DNA of 64,000 nucleotides, from the IMG/VR virus record IMGVR_UViG_3300025892_002699, one strand, 5' to 3'. Made by a program: the position numbers and the translations under genes. The notes beneath the pieces were generated by a model. The model had not been told where the DNA came from and made no database searches. It saw nothing but the letters and a program-made list of their open reading frames with translations. Source of the DNA: a virus. Below, in pieces: positions 28,239-38,140 of this stretch; the first letter of the stretch is position 1; every line of letters begins with the position of its first letter.

Positions 28239-29087
28239 ATGGATTATTATAAAACACTAGGCGTCAACAGAAACGCATCCGAAACAGAAATCAAACAGGC
28301 ATACAAAAAGCAAGCCATGAAACATCATCCAGACAAAGGTGGAAATGGCACAGAGTTTCAAAAAATTAATGAAGCATATGACACACTTAAAAATCCTCAA
28401 AAGAAAACACACTATGATAGATTTGGTACTAGTCCAGGAATGAATCAAGGCGGTAATCGTTCATATGAATTCAGATCAGATGATTTTCCACAAGACATAG
28501 GAGATGTGTTTAATCAATTTTTCGGTGGAGGAGGCAGTCCATTTAGAAGACCACAAGCACAAAGAAAAAATAGAGACATCATCATAGAAGCACAAATAGA
28601 ACTTGAAGATGTTTTAAAAGGAAAAGAATTAGTGGCTTCTTACAGATTAACTAATGGTCGTGAACAAAGTGTAAATTTAACTTTGCCTAAAGGTATTGAA
28701 AACAACAGCACAATTAAATTTCCTTCACTAGGAGATGATTTACAAAAAAGTCTACCTAGAGGAGATTTACTTGTTAGAATTAAAATTAGACCACATGCCA
28801 AATGGGCAAGAGATGGTATCAACTTGCATTGTATTGAAAGAGTCAATGTGTTTGATTTAATGCTAGGCACAAAACAAACTATTAAGACATTAGAAGGAAG
28901 AAACTTGGCAATATCAGTTCCTAAAGGCACACAACCAGGCACTGTGTTAAGTGTAAGTGAACAAGGATTACCCACTAGAGGTGGACGCAGAGGCAATATA
29001 TATTTGACAATACAAGCAGACATACCATCTGTCAGCAAACAAGAATGGGTAGAAACATTAACTAGGATTCGAAATGAAATTAATTAA
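28239..29087 (+). CDS. dnaJ: DnaJ-class chaperone (type II, CbpA-like, no Zn finger)
   Basis: J-domain with HPD (KHHPDKGG), a G/F-rich linker and the C-terminal GDLLVRI domain. Confidence 0.92.
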   Translation: MDYYKTLGVNRNASETEIKQAYKKQAMKHHPDKGGNGTEFQKINEAYDTLKNPQKKTHYDRFGTSPGMNQGGNRSYEFRSDDFPQDIGDVFNQFFGGGGSPFRRPQAQRKNRDIIIEAQIELEDVLKGKELVASYRLTNGREQSVNLTLPKGIENNSTIKFPSLGDDLQKSLPRGDLLVRIKIRPHAKWARDGINLHCIERVNVFDLMLGTKQTIKTLEGRNLAISVPKGTQPGTVLSVSEQGLPTRGGRRGNIYLTIQADIPSVSKQEWVETLTRIRNEIN

Positions 29088-29565
29088 AGCACCAGACGAT
29101 TTTTTAGAAAAGAAAGTTAACGATTTTGATTTTAATCAAATGGATGCTGAGAAAATATCTTCAGAAATGTTTGATATAATGAAAAAATATGAAGGTGTTG
29201 GACTTGCCGCAAACCAAGTAGGCATAGACGCACAAATCTTTATCATGGGAGAAGATAAACCCATGACCATTATCAATCCTTTGGTAACAGAAGTCAGCAC
29301 AAATCAAGTGGAAATGATGGAAGGTTGTTTAAGTTTTCCTGGATTGTTTATGAAAGTAAAAAGACCAGACACAGTGGCAGTGAAATACCTTGACACACAA
29401 CAAAAAGAATGTATAATAAAGTTAGAAGGTTTTCATGCAAGAGTATTTCTTCATGAATACGACCATCTTCAAGGCATTACCTTTGATCAAAGAGTTTCAA
29501 AAATGCGTTTGGATATGGCAAGAAAGAAACAAGAAAAAATATTAAAAGGATTTATAAATGGTTGA
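29074..29565 (+). CDS. def: Peptide deformylase
   Basis: GVGLAANQVG, EGCLS and HEYDH motifs. Confidence 0.95.
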   Translation: MKLIKAPDDFLEKKVNDFDFNQMDAEKISSEMFDIMKKYEGVGLAANQVGIDAQIFIMGEDKPMTIINPLVTEVSTNQVEMMEGCLSFPGLFMKVKRPDTVAVKYLDTQQKECIIKLEGFHARVFLHEYDHLQGITFDQRVSKMRLDMARKKQEKILKGFING

Positions 29566-31807
29566 ACCTAGCAGTGCTTTACAAAGTGTTTTTGATAGAG
29601 CAGTAAAATTATCTAAATCTTATACGCATGAATATGTAACACTTGAACATATGTTGTATTCTATGTGTGAAGATGAAAAATTTTGTAATATCTTAAAAGG
29701 ATATGGCACAGATGTGGATAATTTAAAGAATCATTTAATAACGTATTTGGATAATAAATTAGATGGGATTAAATTAAAAGTTACCAAATTTAAACCTAAA
29801 AAAACTATCAGTGTTGAAAGAGTTCTCAACAGAGCATTTACACAAGTTTTATTCAGTGGTAGAACAAACATAGACTTAACAGATGTATTTTTAAGTTTAA
29901 TGAGTGAATCAAAAAGTTGGGCATACTATTATCTAGTTGAAGCAAAAGTTGATAAAGATAAGTTTATGGATTATCTACACAGCGAAATTGAAGAAATATA
30001 TGAAGATGAAGTTGATCAAAGTGAAACTAAAAGAGCACTTAACAAATACACATCAAACTTAAATGCCGAAGTTAAGAAGAAAAAAATTGATCCTGTAATA
30101 GGAAGAATTGATGAGTTAAATCAGATAGCATTAACCATTGGACGTAGAATGAAGAACAATGTTATACTTGTAGGTGATCCAGGTGTTGGTAAAACTGCGA
30201 TAGCAGAAGGATTAGCATTCAATATTGTGAATGAAACTTGTCCGGAATTTTTAAAAGGATATGAAGTGTACAATCTAGACATAGGTGCAATGTTGGCTGG
30301 ATCTAAATATCGAGGAGATTTTGAAGAAAGATTCAAAATGGTATTGAACGGATTGAAGAAAAAAGGCAAAGCAATATGTTTTATAGATGAAGCACACAAT
30401 ATTTCAGGTGCAGGTGCAGGTGGTGGCGGAAACACTGCTAATGACTTGGCTAACCTTTTAAAACCAGTTTTAACAAAAGGAGAACTTAAAGTGGTTGCTT
30501 CTACAACTTGGGAAGAATACAGAAAGTACTTCGAAAAAGACAGAGCATTAATGAGACGTTTTGCTAGAATAACTGTGGACGAGCCTGACAAAACAACTTC
30601 ATTAGAAATATTACAAGGACTTAAAAAGTATTACGAAGAATATCATAATGCAACAATAACAGATGATGCAATTTCTTCTGCTGTAAAATTAAGTGTAAAG
30701 TATCAAACAGATAAAAAACTGCCAGATAAAGCAATAGATTTAATCGACCTTGCTTGTTCACGTTTTAATTTGATAGAGAAACAATCAGATAGGATTGTTA
30801 ACGATGAAGCAATTCAATACGAACTGTCCAAGTTGGTGAAAATGCCTGTAGAAAATATTGCAGAAAAAGAATCCAGTAACCTTGCTAATTTGTCTAAAAA
30901 TATGAAAGCCAATGTGTATGGACAAGATGACGCAATAGACATGGTTGTAGACAAAGTGTTAGTTGCTCAAGCAGGACTTAAACGTGACAACAAGCCTATT
31001 GGTTCATTTGTATTCATGGGTCCTACCGGCTGTGGTAAAACAGAAACTGCCAAACAACTGTCTGAACAACTGGGTGTAAAATTAATTAGATTTGATATGT
31101 CAGAATATCAAGAAAAACATGCAGTGGCAAAACTTATTGGTTCGCCTCCAGGATATGTAGGTTTTGAAGAGAACACAGGATTGTTGGTAACAAAATTACA
31201 AGAAAATCCAAACTGTGTGTTATTGTTGGATGAAATAGAAAAAGCCCATCCAGATGTATCGCAAATATTATTACAGATCATGGACGAAGGATCAATTCAA
31301 GGTAACAATGGTAAAACAGCAAGTGCTAAAAACATAGTGCTTGTTCTAACTACTAACCTTGGTGCTGAAGAAAATGAAAAAAATGTAATGGGATTCGGTG
31401 CAGTGAAAGATTCTACATATGATGATAAGGATATCAAACGTTATTTTGCTCCTGAATTTAGAAATAGACTAGATGGCACAGTTGTATTCAAGAAACTTGC
31501 TAAAGAAGTTTTGATCAAAATTGTTGGTAAGTTTATGCTAGAGTTGAAAACTCAATTGAAAGAAAAAGATGTGGCATTAGAACTTACAGATGAAGCCATA
31601 GATTATCTAGTAGAAAATGGGTATGATGATAAAATGGGTGCTAGACCTATGCAAAGATTAATAGATAATAAGATCAAAAAAGACCTTTCAAAAGAATTAC
31701 TGTTTGGATCGCTAAAAAATGGTGGTGTCGTTAAGGTCACAGTTAAAGATAAAAAATTGGCTTTGGACGTTGGCGATGGTGTCAAACTGCTTGAAAAACA
31801 AGCCTAA
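29558..31807 (+). CDS. clpA: ATP-dependent Clp protease ATPase subunit ClpA
   Basis: Clp N-domain; two AAA modules (GDPGVGKT, GPTGCGKT); KLPDKAIDLID; no ClpB middle domain. Confidence 0.92.
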   Translation: MVEPSSALQSVFDRAVKLSKSYTHEYVTLEHMLYSMCEDEKFCNILKGYGTDVDNLKNHLITYLDNKLDGIKLKVTKFKPKKTISVERVLNRAFTQVLFSGRTNIDLTDVFLSLMSESKSWAYYYLVEAKVDKDKFMDYLHSEIEEIYEDEVDQSETKRALNKYTSNLNAEVKKKKIDPVIGRIDELNQIALTIGRRMKNNVILVGDPGVGKTAIAEGLAFNIVNETCPEFLKGYEVYNLDIGAMLAGSKYRGDFEERFKMVLNGLKKKGKAICFIDEAHNISGAGAGGGGNTANDLANLLKPVLTKGELKVVASTTWEEYRKYFEKDRALMRRFARITVDEPDKTTSLEILQGLKKYYEEYHNATITDDAISSAVKLSVKYQTDKKLPDKAIDLIDLACSRFNLIEKQSDRIVNDEAIQYELSKLVKMPVENIAEKESSNLANLSKNMKANVYGQDDAIDMVVDKVLVAQAGLKRDNKPIGSFVFMGPTGCGKTETAKQLSEQLGVKLIRFDMSEYQEKHAVAKLIGSPPGYVGFEENTGLLVTKLQENPNCVLLLDEIEKAHPDVSQILLQIMDEGSIQGNNGKTASAKNIVLVLTTNLGAEENEKNVMGFGAVKDSTYDDKDIKRYFAPEFRNRLDGTVVFKKLAKEVLIKIVGKFMLELKTQLKEKDVALELTDEAIDYLVENGYDDKMGARPMQRLIDNKIKKDLSKELLFGSLKNGGVVKVTVKDKKLALDVGDGVKLLEKQA

Positions 31808-31828
31808 TCATTCAAACCGCCCAATAGG

Positions 31829-31835
31829 CTAAATA
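31829..31835 (+). promoter_or_regulatory. Late-type promoter variant CTAAATA
   Basis: 7 nt before the ATG at 31843. Confidence 0.45.
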
Positions 31836-31842
31836 TACACAT

Positions 31843-32196
31843 ATGCCAGCAACAAGCGAAATAATATTGTCAGCAACAACACATCCGGGAGATAGTACGG
31901 TTGAAACAGTTGTGAGTGAAAAATTCAAAGGTGACGGTTATTATGGTAGATCAGATGGATTTCACACTGTGCAAATCAATGTAAATGGAGTTGCAGGAAC
32001 AGTTCAAATACAAGGTACATTAGCAACCACACCAGCAACTGCTGATTGGTTCAATATAGACGGTGCTTTGTACGACAGTCAAACTGCTGGTAAAGACGGT
32101 GCCTTTGTGTATAATTTTACAGGAAATTTTGTTTGGATAAGAGCAAGTATTTCTTATACCGACGGAACAATTAACAACATATTATTAAATCATTAA
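31843..32196 (+). CDS. Hypothetical beta-rich virion-type protein
   Basis: VQIQGTLATTP...WF and GNFVWIRA segments. Confidence 0.7.
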   Translation: MPATSEIILSATTHPGDSTVETVVSEKFKGDGYYGRSDGFHTVQINVNGVAGTVQIQGTLATTPATADWFNIDGALYDSQTAGKDGAFVYNFTGNFVWIRASISYTDGTINNILLNH

Positions 32197-32199
32197 ACT

Positions 32200-32787
32200 A
32201 TGCATCATTATATTAACATTATTAAAGATACACCTTTTACAGAAGACGAAATTAATACAGCAATCAATTTAAGCACAATTGGTTTATTGGAAGACGAAAC
32301 AAAATATATCACATACGAAAACACTGAAGGACAACATGTGTTAACTGTTGAACTACATAGACAATTAGATGTAGTAGAATCTGATGATTTTGTGGAAGAT
32401 TTAGAATTAGTTTACAATAAACAAGGACTAAAAGATTACGTGGTTGAAGTGAGTGACAATGATCCTATGGAAGAAACATACAATGGTGATGATTTTTTTG
32501 AAGCATACGGAGACATGTGGTTTGATGAAGATGAGTCATTAGACGAAGCAGAATATCAAGGACGTAAAGTTAAACTTGGTAAACCAATGCAAGGTGATGT
32601 AAAAAAATTTAAAGTGTATGTTCGTGATCCAAAAACTAAAAATGTTAAAAAAGTTAATTTTGGTGATCCAAACATGAGAATTAAAAAATCAAATCCTGCA
32701 AGACGTAGAAGTTTTAGAGCAAGACATAATTGTGCTAATCCTGGTCCAAGAACAAAAGCAAGATATTGGAGTTGTAGAAAATGGTAA
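32200..32787 (+). CDS. Hypothetical protein: acidic N-domain plus basic Cys-containing C-module after LDEAE
   Basis: Sharp switch from acidic to basic at SLDEAEYQG. Confidence 0.75.
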   Translation: MHHYINIIKDTPFTEDEINTAINLSTIGLLEDETKYITYENTEGQHVLTVELHRQLDVVESDDFVEDLELVYNKQGLKDYVVEVSDNDPMEETYNGDDFFEAYGDMWFDEDESLDEAEYQGRKVKLGKPMQGDVKKFKVYVRDPKTKNVKKVNFGDPNMRIKKSNPARRRSFRARHNCANPGPRTKARYWSCRKW

Positions 32788-33086
32788 GACTGAACGAATT
32801 CAATCAAATAGAACAAGAACCTAAATTAGATTATGATCTAATGGATGACATGTATTTCTATGCAATAAATGATGACGATTTTTATAGAAAAAATTACTAC
32901 CCTGTAATGAACAAGTGTAAGCAAACTGGTGACAACGAAGGTGTTATGCCTTTAATTGATTCTTTAATTAATGCATATTGCACCAAGTACAAAATTCCAA
33001 AACAATTAGCAGATCAAATAACTACTCAAGACAAAACTTTGTTGATGCAAAGAATGATGGACGCCGAAAAAGAAAATGAGGAATAA
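32781..33086 (+). CDS. Probable internal head protein
   Basis: N-terminus MVRLNEF resembles a capsid-targeting sequence. Confidence 0.6.
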   Translation: MVRLNEFNQIEQEPKLDYDLMDDMYFYAINDDDFYRKNYYPVMNKCKQTGDNEGVMPLIDSLINAYCTKYKIPKQLADQITTQDKTLLMQRMMDAEKENEE

Positions 33087-33088
33087 TC

Positions 33089-33664
33089 ATGTTGATCACG
33101 GAGATAGTAGAAGCACCAAATAAGACTGCGGCGTTTGCCTTTGGCAGAATGAATCCACCAACAGCAGGACACAAAAAAATTGGAGAAGTGATCAAAGCAC
33201 AACCAGGTGATCCTTTTATCTTTATCACTCACACTCAAAACGCAAAAACTGATCCTTTATCATTTGCACAAAAATTAACCTTTGCTCAAAAAATGTTTCC
33301 CATGATTAAAGTAGGAGACACAGCAGTGCGAACATGGGTACAAGCCATGCAGAAATTAGAACAAATGGGATATACAGATATCATCTATGTGGCAGGTTCT
33401 GACAGGGTAAATCAATTCAATGAATTGCTGAACAAATACAATGGCAAAGAATACAATTTCAATTCAATAAAAGTGGTGAGTGCAGGTGAAAGAGATCCGG
33501 ATGCACAAGGTCTAGAAGGCATGAGTGCTTCTAAAATGCGTGATTTAGCCGCTCGTGGAGACAAAAAAACTTTTATAAATGCTGTTCCTATTGACCCTAA
33601 AACAGCAGAAGAGATGTATAATCAAGTGAGAACAGGACTCAAACTAAATCCTGTAACTGTATAA
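33089..33664 (+). CDS. Cytidylyltransferase-like (HxGH) nucleotidyltransferase with CTS-like N-terminus
   Basis: FGRMNPPTAGH, VAGSDR and MSASKMR motifs; starts MLITEIVEA. Confidence 0.82.
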   Translation: MLITEIVEAPNKTAAFAFGRMNPPTAGHKKIGEVIKAQPGDPFIFITHTQNAKTDPLSFAQKLTFAQKMFPMIKVGDTAVRTWVQAMQKLEQMGYTDIIYVAGSDRVNQFNELLNKYNGKEYNFNSIKVVSAGERDPDAQGLEGMSASKMRDLAARGDKKTFINAVPIDPKTAEEMYNQVRTGLKLNPVTV

Positions 33665-33676
33665 AACAATATAAAT

Positions 33677-33886
33677 ATGAATATAAGTGATTTAAAACGT
33701 TTAGCAGGCATTGGCACAGACAACAATGAACCGTCTATGGGCGAAAACATTAGTCAAACTGCTACTGCTTTAAAACAAAAAGAAAGAAAACTAGGCTTAA
33801 AGCCAGGTGATCAAGATTGGTTTAAATTATGGTTCTCAAAACCATACATGACTGGCCCTGTAAAGTTTAGAGGTAGAAAGAAATGA
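33677..33886 (+). CDS. Probable internal head protein
   Basis: MNISDLKRLAGI N-terminus. Confidence 0.65.
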   Translation: MNISDLKRLAGIGTDNNEPSMGENISQTATALKQKERKLGLKPGDQDWFKLWFSKPYMTGPVKFRGRKK

Positions 33887-35868
33887 AATTAAGAGATTTA
33901 TTTGTAGTAGAATTTAAAATAGCAAATCAACCTGATCCAAAAGACAGAGATGATTACAAAGCCAAAATGGCTTCATTACAAGACATTCAAAAAGATCCTA
34001 AAATGGCTGATGCTAGAACGCAGGCGGTGATAGCCAAAAGGAAAGAAGAATTACGTAGATGGGCTGAGAAAAATTTAAGAACAGAAGACAATGTTCAAGA
34101 AAGAATGCCAGCATCAGTTATCAAAAGCAAACAAAGATATGCAGATATGACTGACCAAGAACTTGCAGATAGATTTAAAGATTCAGATGAAAAAACTTTA
34201 AGACAGATGGCTTGGAGACACGGCTATGGCAATATGAGTTCACACTATTTTGATAGAGTTCAAAAAGGCAAATCTCAAACAGAAGATGGTGTACAGCCTA
34301 CAGATATGAAAAGAATGGGTGCAGAAACTAAAACATTGTACGTTCACAAAGATGGTAAAACAATTATGATTCCAGCAGAACGTGAAAAAGATTTTATTCA
34401 AAAAGGATTCAAAAGATCAGCATTGAGAACAGAAGAAACTAACGAAGGCGAAATGCGTTTAGACAAATCAGCATTTGTTCAAATGTTAGCAGACAAAATT
34501 AAAGAACCTCAAAAAGGACATGGAAGACCAGAGTACGACAACAGACTGTTGGCAAAGATGTACAAATTGATTACAGGTAAAGATGTAGATTTTGAAGGCA
34601 ACAAGTTTACTATCACAATGAATAAACCAACAACTGAAGGAACTTATCTGGATGAAGGTTGGTTAGACACTTTAAAAGCGGCAGGCAGAAAAATTGTTCC
34701 GGATCAAGTCAGAGCATTGTATGATCCAGCAACAGCGGCAAAAGTTCAAGCAGATGATCAAGCAAAAGTTCAAATGGATACTTTATTCAAAGACATTAAC
34801 ACCGTGGCAGGTTTAAATCAAACCGATGTGTCTCAAGGATATCCTGCAGATTTAGTTGTAGCATATTTGAGAAAGTATGTTGCGCCTAAACATCCTGATG
34901 CATTTAAAAGAATGGATGCTCAAGGAGATTTAAAAAAAATGTTTCCAGCAGGACAAAAAATAAGTTCAGGTACGTTAAAAGGAAATTTAAATAAAGTTGC
35001 TGTCGAACTTGGTAAAGTAAATTTAAGTCCAGATCAAGGACAACAACCTACACAACAACCTACACAACAACCTCAATTAGTTCCGGCTTCTATGGACAAT
35101 GAAGAAACAGTTTCAGAAGAGGCACCGTTTGGATCAGGCATGGATCTTGTGAGAATGGCTGTGATGAGAAAATTTATATCAGCAGAAGAATATACGGCTT
35201 ACGCAAAAGAATTAAAAGCGGCGGGAGAGGAAGTAGAACAAGAATATGATGATTGGCCAGATGGAGAAGGATTTGGTTCATCAGATGGAAACTTTGCTAT
35301 TAAAGATTTAATGGGAAAAGCAGGCTACGAGTTTGACGAGCAGGATAAAGGCGGTAGGTTCATAGTCACAAAGATGCCTGAGAAATTAGAAAAGATGGGC
35401 ATTAAAAATGTAAGAATGAAAGATGCAGTTGCAACTGAAGATTCAGTTAAAGAAGGTGCATCAATGATTCCTTATTTTAAAACTGAAAAAGATTTTGATG
35501 GAGAGAAAACTACTGTGTATGAATTTCCAATGGCTTGGGCAAAAGATAAAGAGTTGGATACTCCTTACTTGAGTAACGCCAGCATGAGACAATTTTTAAT
35601 GGATCTTGGTTACGGTGGCGACTTTGAGAATATGAGTGCTGTGCCTGTGGAAGAATTTATTGCTGTAACAACACAATGGTTGCAAAAGAATATAGATAAA
35701 AAATCGCCAGAAGAACCAACCACAATAGATAAAAATCCAGATGGGCCAACCATGATATCAGGTGGTAAACCAGAAGGTTACATGAATAGGCAAGTGAAAC
35801 TCCACAACGAACTTGCTAGAAAAATTAAACAAAAATATCCAGAAGTCACGCATTTAGGTTTCAATTAA
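33883..35868 (+). CDS. Modular internal-head polyprotein candidate (661 aa)
   Basis: MKLRDLFVVEF start and repeated xTE(D/E/G) linkers separating unrelated blocks. Confidence 0.65.
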   Translation: MKLRDLFVVEFKIANQPDPKDRDDYKAKMASLQDIQKDPKMADARTQAVIAKRKEELRRWAEKNLRTEDNVQERMPASVIKSKQRYADMTDQELADRFKDSDEKTLRQMAWRHGYGNMSSHYFDRVQKGKSQTEDGVQPTDMKRMGAETKTLYVHKDGKTIMIPAEREKDFIQKGFKRSALRTEETNEGEMRLDKSAFVQMLADKIKEPQKGHGRPEYDNRLLAKMYKLITGKDVDFEGNKFTITMNKPTTEGTYLDEGWLDTLKAAGRKIVPDQVRALYDPATAAKVQADDQAKVQMDTLFKDINTVAGLNQTDVSQGYPADLVVAYLRKYVAPKHPDAFKRMDAQGDLKKMFPAGQKISSGTLKGNLNKVAVELGKVNLSPDQGQQPTQQPTQQPQLVPASMDNEETVSEEAPFGSGMDLVRMAVMRKFISAEEYTAYAKELKAAGEEVEQEYDDWPDGEGFGSSDGNFAIKDLMGKAGYEFDEQDKGGRFIVTKMPEKLEKMGIKNVRMKDAVATEDSVKEGASMIPYFKTEKDFDGEKTTVYEFPMAWAKDKELDTPYLSNASMRQFLMDLGYGGDFENMSAVPVEEFIAVTTQWLQKNIDKKSPEEPTTIDKNPDGPTMISGGKPEGYMNRQVKLHNELARKIKQKYPEVTHLGFN

Positions 35869-36593
35869 TGCGTATTTTGGAACTAAATTCCAATATTGAC
35901 AAATACAACAAAAAGTTGTATAATGAAGATATGGAAACGAAACCAATTGTGTATCTAGACATGGACGGAGTTATGGCAGACTTCTTTGGTGGTATCGAAA
36001 AACTGTACGGTGTTGCACACTGGAAAGAACTTACATCAGATAGAACCAAAGACTTGAAAGCAGAAGTGATTGAAAAAATTACTGGCACAAACTTTTTTGA
36101 AACTTTACCTAAATTTACAAGTGCAGATCAATTGATTAAAATGGTTAAAGAATTCACAGGTGGAACTTTTTCAATTTGTTCTTCACCATTAAGAGGCGAC
36201 AATGCCAATTCAGCAAAATGGAAAAAAGTATGGATCAACAAAAACATTGAACAGCCTCAAGAAACAATTATTACTGGTAGAAAAGAATCTTATGCTGTAA
36301 ACAAGCAAACCAAACAGCCCAACATATTGATAGATGACAGACCAATCAATATTCAAAAATGGAACAGTGCTGGTGGATTTGGAATACTGTATCAAGCCAA
36401 CAGAGATTCATTAAGCAAGATCAAAACAGAATTAGAAGCATACACACAGCAACATCAAACAAAACAGGAAGGTGTTGGAATTATCACCAAACAAAACACA
36501 ACCGCAGATGTTAAGCCTGGCGAAACACAACGTCAAGCGGCAAAGTTTGGATTCAAAATAGATAAAAAAGGTAATCCACCTAGATTAAGATGA
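35868..36593 (+). CDS. 5'(3')-deoxyribonucleotidase-like HAD hydrolase with CTS-like extension; internal start at 35931
   Basis: YLDMDGVMADF and LIDD motifs; N-terminal MRILEL. Confidence 0.82.
   Translation: MRILELNSNIDKYNKKLYNEDMETKPIVYLDMDGVMADFFGGIEKLYGVAHWKELTSDRTKDLKAEVIEKITGTNFFETLPKFTSADQLIKMVKEFTGGTFSICSSPLRGDNANSAKWKKVWINKNIEQPQETIITGRKESYAVNKQTKQPNILIDDRPINIQKWNSAGGFGILYQANRDSLSKIKTELEAYTQQHQTKQEGVGIITKQNTTADVKPGETQRQAAKFGFKIDKKGNPPRLR
35896..35924 (+). promoter_or_regulatory. Perfect sigma70 promoter TTGACA-N17-TATAAT embedded in the CDS
   Basis: The -10 box ends 6 nt before the in-frame ATG at 35931. Confidence 0.8.
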
Positions 36594-37585
36594 AACTGAG
36601 AGACATCATTGGCGAATTCATAATCATGCCTCAAACCATCAAGCCTCAAGGTTTGATTCATAAAAAAGGCACAGGCCCAAACAACAGGTTTGATTTCAAG
36701 AACAAGGGTAACAACAGAGCCAACGAAAACAAAATAAAACTGTCAACAGACCCAAAATATTTTGGTGCAATCGGCGTGGAAAAATACAAAGCCACAGGCC
36801 CACAAGTCAACATTCCTATTAAACAATTGGTTGGGTTCGAACCCGAAGACAAGATGAGAGACCCTAAGAGCATGGCCAAAGTGGATCAAATAGCAAAGGC
36901 TGTACAAAGTAAAAAACCCATGGGACCTATACTTGCAAGAAAATACAAGAACGGTTACCAGGTCATCGATGGACACCATCGTTTCTGGGGACATAGGAAA
37001 GCAGGTGCCGATTCCATAAAGGCACAAATTGTTCCACCTCAAGACATAGAAGAAGAGGCTGAATTCCTAGAAAACATTGATCCAAAAGTGTGGACTGAAC
37101 TACGGGCAAAAGGACTCGTGAGGCCAATGCACTTTGATAGTCCCGAGGTCAGAGCGGCATACAAAGAAAAAGGACTACCTTACAAACCCGACATCAGTAT
37201 TATCACCAAAGATAACTTGGATCAGTTTAGAACAAAAGAGCCGGAGAGATTAAAACAATTGAAACCAATCCAAGTAAGTGATCAGCAGTGGATTAATTAC
37301 ATGGATAAGTGGTGGAGGACTGAAAGGTTGAAACCTAAGGCAAAAGATAAAGTGCAACAGATAAAAAATGCCTATAAACTTTTATATAAAAAAGATATGG
37401 TGGAGAACTTCGCAGACGGTAAGAAAAAGGGCAAAAGCAGACCAGGCAGAGTAAAGAAGTCAGGTGCCAGTTGCAATGGTAGTGTAACATCATTGCGTAA
37501 GAAGGCTAAAAACGCATCCGGAGAGAAGGCTAAGATGTATCATTGGTGTGCTAACATGAAGTCTGGCAGAGCAAAATCTAAATAA
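36590..37585 (+). CDS. ParB/Srx-domain protein with CTS-like N-terminus and basic C-module
   Basis: YQVIDGHHR motif; MKLRDIIGEF start; MVENFADGKK...HWCANMK module. Confidence 0.75.
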   Translation: MKLRDIIGEFIIMPQTIKPQGLIHKKGTGPNNRFDFKNKGNNRANENKIKLSTDPKYFGAIGVEKYKATGPQVNIPIKQLVGFEPEDKMRDPKSMAKVDQIAKAVQSKKPMGPILARKYKNGYQVIDGHHRFWGHRKAGADSIKAQIVPPQDIEEEAEFLENIDPKVWTELRAKGLVRPMHFDSPEVRAAYKEKGLPYKPDISIITKDNLDQFRTKEPERLKQLKPIQVSDQQWINYMDKWWRTERLKPKAKDKVQQIKNAYKLLYKKDMVENFADGKKKGKSRPGRVKKSGASCNGSVTSLRKKAKNASGEKAKMYHWCANMKSGRAKSK

Positions 37586-37588
37586 ATA
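37582..37588 (+). promoter_or_regulatory. Late-type promoter ATAAATA
   Basis: Overlaps the stop codon; GAGGA SD downstream. Confidence 0.5.
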
Positions 37589-37612
37589 AACACAAACAAA
37601 GAGGAATAAACA

Positions 37613-37855
37613 ATGGCTGAATTTATAGAAAGATTAATTGAAGCACGTGACTCAAAAACAGGTTGGGTACAAGAAACTGCTTCTTCAATGCTATCATTAA
37701 AACGTAGATTTGAAAATGGTGATATTACAGAAGCAAAATACATCGCAGGCTTAGATGCATTAAAATCTGGTGATAATGAAGTTGGATCAGGTGGTAGTTA
37801 TAATGAACGAGCAATCGTTGATAATGGTATTATCTGTCTAAAAGAATTAATTTAA
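37613..37855 (+). CDS. Hypothetical protein
   Basis: SD present; starts MAEFIERLIEAR. Confidence 0.7.
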   Translation: MAEFIERLIEARDSKTGWVQETASSMLSLKRRFENGDITEAKYIAGLDALKSGDNEVGSGGSYNERAIVDNGIICLKELI

Positions 37856-37859
37856 TATT

Positions 37860-37952
37860 ATGTGGAAAAAAGCAAAGAAAAAATTAAAAACGTGGTACAC
37901 TTGTTCTAAAGTAAGTTTACTTGTAGACAAAATTAAGAAAAAATTCAAGTAG
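37860..37952 (+). CDS. 30-aa Lys-rich peptide, not in the ORF track
   Basis: MWKKAKKKLKTWYTCSKVSLLVDKIKKKFK; fills the gap between neighbours exactly. Confidence 0.5.
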   Translation: MWKKAKKKLKTWYTCSKVSLLVDKIKKKFK

Positions 37953-37953
37953 T

Positions 37954-38136
37954 ATGCGTTATAAGGACATCAAAATGGTGGAGGCTCGTGTGGACTATCA
38001 TTATGGATTGGATCCTGAAATGCTGGTATACACTCACAAGGTGGGCGACATATACGGTAAAAAGAACCTCAAAGTGCCACACGCCAAATACACCACATCT
38101 AAACGTGTTAAAAATTTACACAAAGACGGTAAATAA
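37954..38136 (+). CDS. Probable internal head protein
   Basis: MRYKDIKMVEAR N-terminus. Confidence 0.65.
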   Translation: MRYKDIKMVEARVDYHYGLDPEMLVYTHKVGDIYGKKNLKVPHAKYTTSKRVKNLHKDGK

Positions 38137-38140
38137 TATT

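Noticed and set aside
33670-33677. Full T4 consensus TATAAATA
   Set aside because: It overlaps the ATG of the gene it precedes, so it cannot produce that mRNA. It may be chance or serve the downstream gene.
35041-35073. caacaacctaca tandem repeat
   Set aside because: It simply encodes a QQPT linker; there is no sign of a non-coding function.
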